64,000 nucleotides of DNA, from assembly GCA_001179505.1 (NCBI GenBank), contig CDMY01000256.1, forward strand, positions 62,001-126,000, read 5' to 3'. Below, in pieces: positions 58,657-64,000 of the stretch; position 1 is the first letter of the stretch, and every line of letters starts with the position of its first letter. The position numbers and the translations under genes were made by a program. The notes beneath the pieces are model-generated. The model made no database searches, was not told the origin of the DNA, and saw only the letters and a list, made by a program, of their open reading frames with translations. This DNA comes from Vitrella brassicaformis CCMP3155 (taxonomy: Eukaryota > Protista > Chromerida).

Positions 58657-59406
58657 TCAGTACCCCCCTGCCCTCCCTCTCTGTCTCTGCCGTCCTCCAG
58701 CCGTGTCTCCCACCCTCCTGGCACACACAGACACAGCCCGCAGAGTCACAACCCCATGTGTCACACAGAGCCACCGGTGGCTGTGCCCACCGCCCATCAT
58801 TCGATCAATCACCTTTGCAGCGGCTATCAGGTTGTCCAGTGTGAACCAGCTGGGAGGCCCACCGGCCAGCGGCCTCTCAACAGGCTTCTGTGAGGCGTCA
58901 TAGCTGTAGAAGGCGAGATTCGCCAGGCGGAAGCTGCGCCAGAGTGGCGAAGGGTTGTATAGGAACAGCCGCAGCCGCAGCGTGCCACACGGATGGAGAG
59001 GCGACATCTGACACCGACACACACTCACGGATATGGGACATAAGAAATCAGGCCGACGCGAGAAAGCTGGCCGATGGATCACCTGGGGTTTGTATATGGC
59101 GTGCCAGGCGAAGGCATCTTCCTCGAAGTGGGCCGAGCGCATCAGAGCATGCCTCCGCAGGACCGTCGTGAACCGCGGCGATGGCGGATCTGACATATGG
59201 GGAGGATGAGTCGGTTTGCCGTCGGCATATGGCTCGGGGATGGCCTGTTGGATGGTGAGATGGGCCGTGTGTGATGAGTTCTGGAAGACAATGCAGTGGA
59301 GGGCGTGTGCCGGGGCGTCGATGATGATGTCCAGGTAGATCTCGCACGGGCGTCTGCTGGAAGAGTGCTGCAGGTCGCTCGTCTTGTGCGGCAGCTCCAC
59401 CCACAT
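58657..59406 (-). CDS. NICN1: Nicolin-1 (tubulin polyglutamylase complex subunit)
   Basis: IVFQNSSHTAHLTI...FTTVLRRHALMRSAHFEEDAFAW...LRLFLYNPSPLWRSFRL resembles NICN1 motifs (ITFKNYYTAFLSI, LMPDPHSEEGA, LRLILRQPSPLWLSF); start at 59406 or upstream ATG 59508; 3' end approximate. Confidence 0.78.
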   Translation of the reverse strand: MWVELPHKTSDLQHSSSRRPCEIYLDIIIDAPAHALHCIVFQNSSHTAHLTIQQAIPEPYADGKPTHPPHMSDPPSPRFTTVLRRHALMRSAHFEEDAFAWHAIYKPQVIHRPAFSRRPDFLCPISVSVCRCQMSPLHPCGTLRLRLFLYNPSPLWRSFRLANLAFYSYDASQKPVERPLAGGPPSWFTLDNLIAAAKVIDRMMGGGHSHRWLCVTHGVVTLRAVSVCARRVGDTAGGRQRQRGRAGGY

Positions 59407-59498
59407 CCAATGCGAGGTTCCACGCGAGGTTCCCCTGAGAAATTTACACGATTTACGCGATCTGAGCGTAGATCTCGCAGTGCTGGCGGAGGCAGGTA

Positions 59499-61527
59499 AT
59501 GTTGCCATTTTATCTCATCGCAGCCTTCGCGGCCTTCTTCTCGGCTCCTGGGGCTGCTGTTCTGCGAAGAAGAGACCACACAGGCAGGTGAGGTCATCGA
59601 GATCTCACATTCCATCGCATGCGATTGTGTCTGCTGGTTGTTCCATTGCAGTGTGGCCAACGAAGGTTCTGCTATCACATTGTCACCAGCGGCCCTTCCC
59701 CTCTGCCCCTCTGACCTCCCCCAGCCCTTCTATCCCCTGCTCTATTCTGCCAATGTGACCACACCTCCCCTCCCGCCCCTCCCCGGCCGCTCCAAGATCA
59801 ACCGCATGGATGCAGCTGACGAGAGGCGGCCACGCCGGCTTGGATGGACAGACTACTTCGACTATCGATACGGCTGTGCGGACCCACACCGCCCTTCCGG
59901 TGTGGTTTTCAATCAGCACTCGAGTGGCGGGAGCTTGAGCGGTCTGTCCAGTCCTGCTTCGTGGCAGTTCTACACGGTGGACGAGAAGAACCCGGTGTGG
60001 ATACTAGAGTGGGGTCATCTGGCCGGCGGGCTGGGGGGGGACAGAAGGCTCGAATGCGACGTGCCATGCAGGCTGACGCACGACAGGTGATGGTCTGCAC
60101 ACGCAGGAGGGCAAACACCGGTGAATGTATTTGGTGCATCGTTGGTGTGTCGGGATGAGACAGAAGTTGGGGAGAGAACGGCAAGGCGGATATAGTGGTG
60201 TTCGGTCCTCAGCAGCAAAAGGGTATAGTGGTGTTCGGTCCTCAGCAGCAAAAGGCGGCCGAAGCGCTCCAGAAGTCTGGCAAGAAGAAGCCGCACCAGG
60301 CAAGCGCGTGCAATTGTCGCGACATTCCTGTTCACGTGAGCACGTGCATCTGTGTGCCATCCTTGTATCAATCAGTACTATGCGGTGACGTCATTAGAGT
60401 CGGATATCAACTTTGCGTATCTTAAGGACAAGAACACACTCATGTGGGAGGAGAAGCATGGCTAGAGACACACACACTCATCTGCGAGTCGTCCCCATGA
60501 GTACATATCGCCTTTGATGTCTGTCCGCCATGCAGGCATTTCGACCTGAAGGCCACGTACCATCTTGACAGCGACGTGCCGCGCATCTACTTCGGGTACC
60601 GTGGATACGACTGGATGCTGCCCCCAAGGGCGAAGAGAAAAGACAGACTCGTCAGCTTCGTCTCATCCAGCTGCTCACCGAGGTATGGATGGGCGTACGC
60701 TACTCCATCGCCTCAGACACGGGCGCATTTCCTGTGTCTGAGGGCTCATGTGCGCACGGCAGGAACGGCCGCACGAGATATGTCATGTCGCTGTCTCAGT
60801 ATGTCCCGGTTCGGTCCTTCGGCAGCTGCCTGCGCAACGCCAGCTTCGCCGACATCCTGGAGACGCCCATCGAGAACAACCGTTGGCACGAGAAGGTGGT
60901 GATTTTGCAGCACTTCAAGTTCAACATCGCCTTCGAAAACTCTGACACACCCGACTACATCACGGAGAAGTTCGGCCAGGTGAACCGAGATCAAAGGACA
61001 GACAGACAGGAAGGATAGATCGGCCGTGACGCTTTGTTGTTTGTGTGCCCCCAGGCTTTAGTGGCTGGTACGGTGCCCATTGTTAAGAGCCGAACGAACA
61101 ACTATGAGGCCTTTGCGCCACACCCCCACTCGTACATAGTCGCCGACGACTTTGAATCGCCCAAGGTATGCTCGCCTGCCCACGAACCAAGAGACACAAA
61201 CACACAGGCAGCGATGGGATCCTGCAGGCTTTGGCCGAGTATTTGCTGTGGCTGAATGACCACGATGAAGAATACGACAAATACCTCGAGTGGAAAAGGG
61301 TAACATAACATCGAGCCCGCCTTTCTCTCCCATGCTCTCGTTGCCTTCCGTCTGTCAACATATGTGTGCAGGTGGGCCCGAGCGAGTCGTTCCGTCGTCT
61401 GTTGGAGCTCAACATCCCCGACAGCTCATGCCACCTGTGCAGATTCGCGGCACTCGCACGGGATGTGGACGCGGGCTACGTCAACACAGACGCGTCCCGA
61501 CCAGCCGCACAGATAGCTGAGACATAA
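59499..61527 (+). CDS. Alpha-1,3/1,4-fucosyltransferase (GT10)
   Basis: Hydrophobic N-terminus [68 protein letters not shown] (GT10 motif); CHLC; TAA at 61525-61527. Confidence 0.93.
60191..60255 (+). repeat. 33-bp in-frame tandem duplication in the FucT exon (IVVFGPQQQK x2)
   Basis: tatagtggtgttcggtcctcagcagcaaaagg at 60191 and 60224. Confidence 0.95.
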
Positions 61528-62243
61528 CGCCGAGTGTATCATCCGGCCCTCGTCTTGTGTGATTACCAATTAGGCGCTGTTTGGTCGGTCGGTCCATGTG
61601 TGTTGATACGTTTGGTGCAATGACGCAGGCAGACAGGCTTGATGATATTAGTTAAGTCCATCCATCCCTCCGTCAATGAGTCTCACATGAATGAGATGTG
61701 TGAAATGTGTATGCGTGATGATCCATCGATCGCCCCGACGTCTGAATTGAGGCCAGGCCAGCTCGTGCAGCTCAGCAACCAACGCCCACCTTCACACACA
61801 CGCACACGCACTCCATGGTCACTGATGTGCATCACACCACACGTCTCTCTAGCCACAGTTAGTTGATGTGCAAAAGGCCACCCCACCCTCCCTGCAGCCC
61901 TCCCACGCACGGCACCTGTCCCCATCTCGGCTGAACAGCAAAGGCAGGTGCAGTGAGTGAGTCATGTGCCATGTGCGTCGCATTCGTGTGTGACTTGTGT
62001 GTGCGGACTGCTTTCGCCCGCCAAAACCGAGAGTGATTGGTGCTGACAACACCTCGCCGACCTGAATTATCACGACTCTTCTGTCCACCTCTATCTCTCT
62101 CTGTGTGTGTGAAGCGCTCATACGAGTGAATATGCACGTAGAGTATATGCCCGCAGTGAGTGCGTCTTAAAAGCCATAAAGCGAGTGGATCGAAAAAGGT
62201 GGGCTGCCGGCGCCAAGCAGCAAACATGGCAGCCGGCCCTCAG

Positions 62244-64000
62244 TCACCTCCACTGCTGCTGCATGCCCTGTGGCATGCCCATGCCCTGTGGCATACCCAT
62301 CCCCCCCATGCCGCCCATTCCCCCCATTCCCCCCATCCCCCCTGCGGCCATTCCCTGCATGCCGCCCATGGCCTGCAGGCCAGCCATGCCCTGCTGCATC
62401 CCCTGCTGCATCCCCGGCTGGCCGCGGCCCATACCCTGTGGCATGCCCATGCCGGCCCCCATCTGCTGGCTGGTGGGAGACATGCCCATCCCGCCCTGTC
62501 AGTCAGGCAGCCAACACGACACACACGGTTGGTTTGTGCGTGGTTTCTATGTAGGCGTCTTCGTGTGTGTGGTTGTGTGTACCGGCATCATTTGCTGCAT
62601 CATTCTGTTTTGCTGCTGCTGCATGCCCGCAGCCGCCATCGATGGGGCCATGCCCATCCCTGCACACCACACCGCACCAAGACACATCCGTCAGGATCAC
62701 CCAGGGAGGTGTGGCTCACTCACTCACCGGTGGGCGTCGGCTTCATCTGGTTCATCGGGGGACCCATGGAACCCAGCTGCACACACACACACACACACAA
62801 ACACACATATGAAGTCTCAGACAAATGGAGGGCTGTTTCTGTTTGGTGTGTTGTCTGTGCTGTGCTGTGCTATGCTGCATCTGTGTTGTGTCGCTCTGAT
62901 ACCGTCTGTGGGTGCTGCATGTGTTGTGTGTGGGGCATGCCGCCCTTGTTCTCGCTCAGCGACAGGTCGTACAGAGACGACGATATGTCGGCCAGAAAAC
63001 CGCCTGATCACATACACACCCACCATCTCATCTCATCTCATCTCGGCTCGTCTCGTCCACTAATGGTGTGTGTCGAGATGAGATGAGGTGACTGACCGGC
63101 TTGCTGTGACGGCTGCTGTCCACCGCCGAAGGGGTTCTGCCCCTGGCCGCCCATCATGCCTTGCATCGCTGCACACACCACACAAGACAGCACACCACCA
63201 CATGCAGGGACGCATGTGCTGTGGGACGGGCGACAGACCGACCGACCCTTTTGTTGCTGCATCTGCTGCTGCTGCTGCATGGGGTTGGGCTGCTGCGGGG
63301 ATGCGAAGAAATCAGGCATCCCACCACCTGACGCGACGCAGAAACAGAGAAGAGCCCACTTCTTGACGTGTGTGGATGTTGTCTGTCTGTCTGTCTGCCT
63401 GTCTTACCCATGCCAGCCATTGGGTTCTGCTGCTGCATCATCTGAGCAGGCTGCTGCATCTGACACACAGGCACACAGACACACAGACAGGCACACCACA
63501 CCACACCACACCAGCGACGAATCATGCTCTCCCTCTTGTGCATTTGTGTGTGCGTATGAATGACCACCACCACCCCAGCCAGCCGTCGAGCATGCACCTA
63601 CCTGTTGCTGTGCTGACTGGAACTGAGCCCCGCCGAAGAAGTCATCAGGCTTCCCGCCACCTACACCAACAACAACACACATACACAGAGACCGTGAGCG
63701 TGTCGTGACTGCATCCATTTTGTGCTAGTGCCGTCCATTCATCCATCCGCACCTGCCCCTCCAGCCATCATGAAGGGGTTGGCCGCGCCAGGCTGGCCGT
63801 ATGAGCGCTGAGGCTGTGGCTGCTGCTGTTGCTGTTGATGCTGTTGATGCTGTGGTGCGGCCATGAATGTGCCGAAGGCCTCCTGCCCCCCCTGCTGCGG
63901 TGCGGGGTGGCCCTGGGGGGCCGCCTCGAAGGCATTCCAACTCGCATCTGCACACACACCACAAAGAGAACACATGACATGACAGGTGTGGGTGTGTGGT
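62244..64000 (-). CDS. 3' part of a Gln/Met/Gly-rich protein with NPF motifs (epsin/ENTH- or ArfGAP-type endocytic adaptor tail)
   Basis: Exons encode WNAF, ANPFMM, DDFFGG, QNPFGGG and an MGGMGG-rich terminus ...QQQWR*; N-terminal domain lies outside the window. Confidence 0.6.

Noticed and set aside
11525-61527. Glycosylation/sulfation gene cluster (GT92, APS kinase, OST3, FucT)
   Set aside because: Spread over 50 kb among unrelated genes; consistent with chance

Overview
Gene-dense, GC-rich eukaryotic nuclear DNA with many short (~50-150 nt) GT-AG introns packed with (CA)n/(TG)n/(CAGA)n/(TCTG)n/(ATGG)n microsatellites. The style suggests the chromerid alga Vitrella brassicaformis (inference only). 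About 24 protein-coding loci were reconstructed by manual splicing: a coiled-coil protein, an ankyrin protein with CaaX, a RING+PHD (PHRF1-like) protein, a secreted Cys-module/repeat protein, RPP21, a GT92-like glycosyltransferase, APS kinase, SUMO, an S10 carboxypeptidase, a SPRY+helical-repeat protein, a CFAP58-derived chimeric coiled-coil gene, CFAP58, a class-3 lipase, a tandem-BRCT protein, three claudin-like 4-TM paralogs (two with in-frame stops), a putative plastid membrane protein, OST3/6, a TBC-like protein, a single-domain voltage-gated channel with EF-hands, a secreted RTX-repeat protein, NICN1, a GT10 fucosyltransferase, and the 3' end of an NPF/Q-M-G-rich protein. Most striking: (1) nearly all genes form tight head-to-head pairs, and six spacers share the exact motif AGCTCGCA; (2) many introns have AC repeats near the donor and GT repeats near the acceptor, which could form hairpins; (3) an inverted duplication of CFAP58 exons 1-2 supplies the start of its divergent neighbour; (4) an intron-containing, bacterial-type RTX gene lies between ~108-bp direct repeats; (5) two tetraspan paralogs carry different stop codons at adjacent positions. 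No rRNA, tRNA or CRISPR was recognised. Gene spans include introns, exon boundaries were inferred by eye, and no searches were run.
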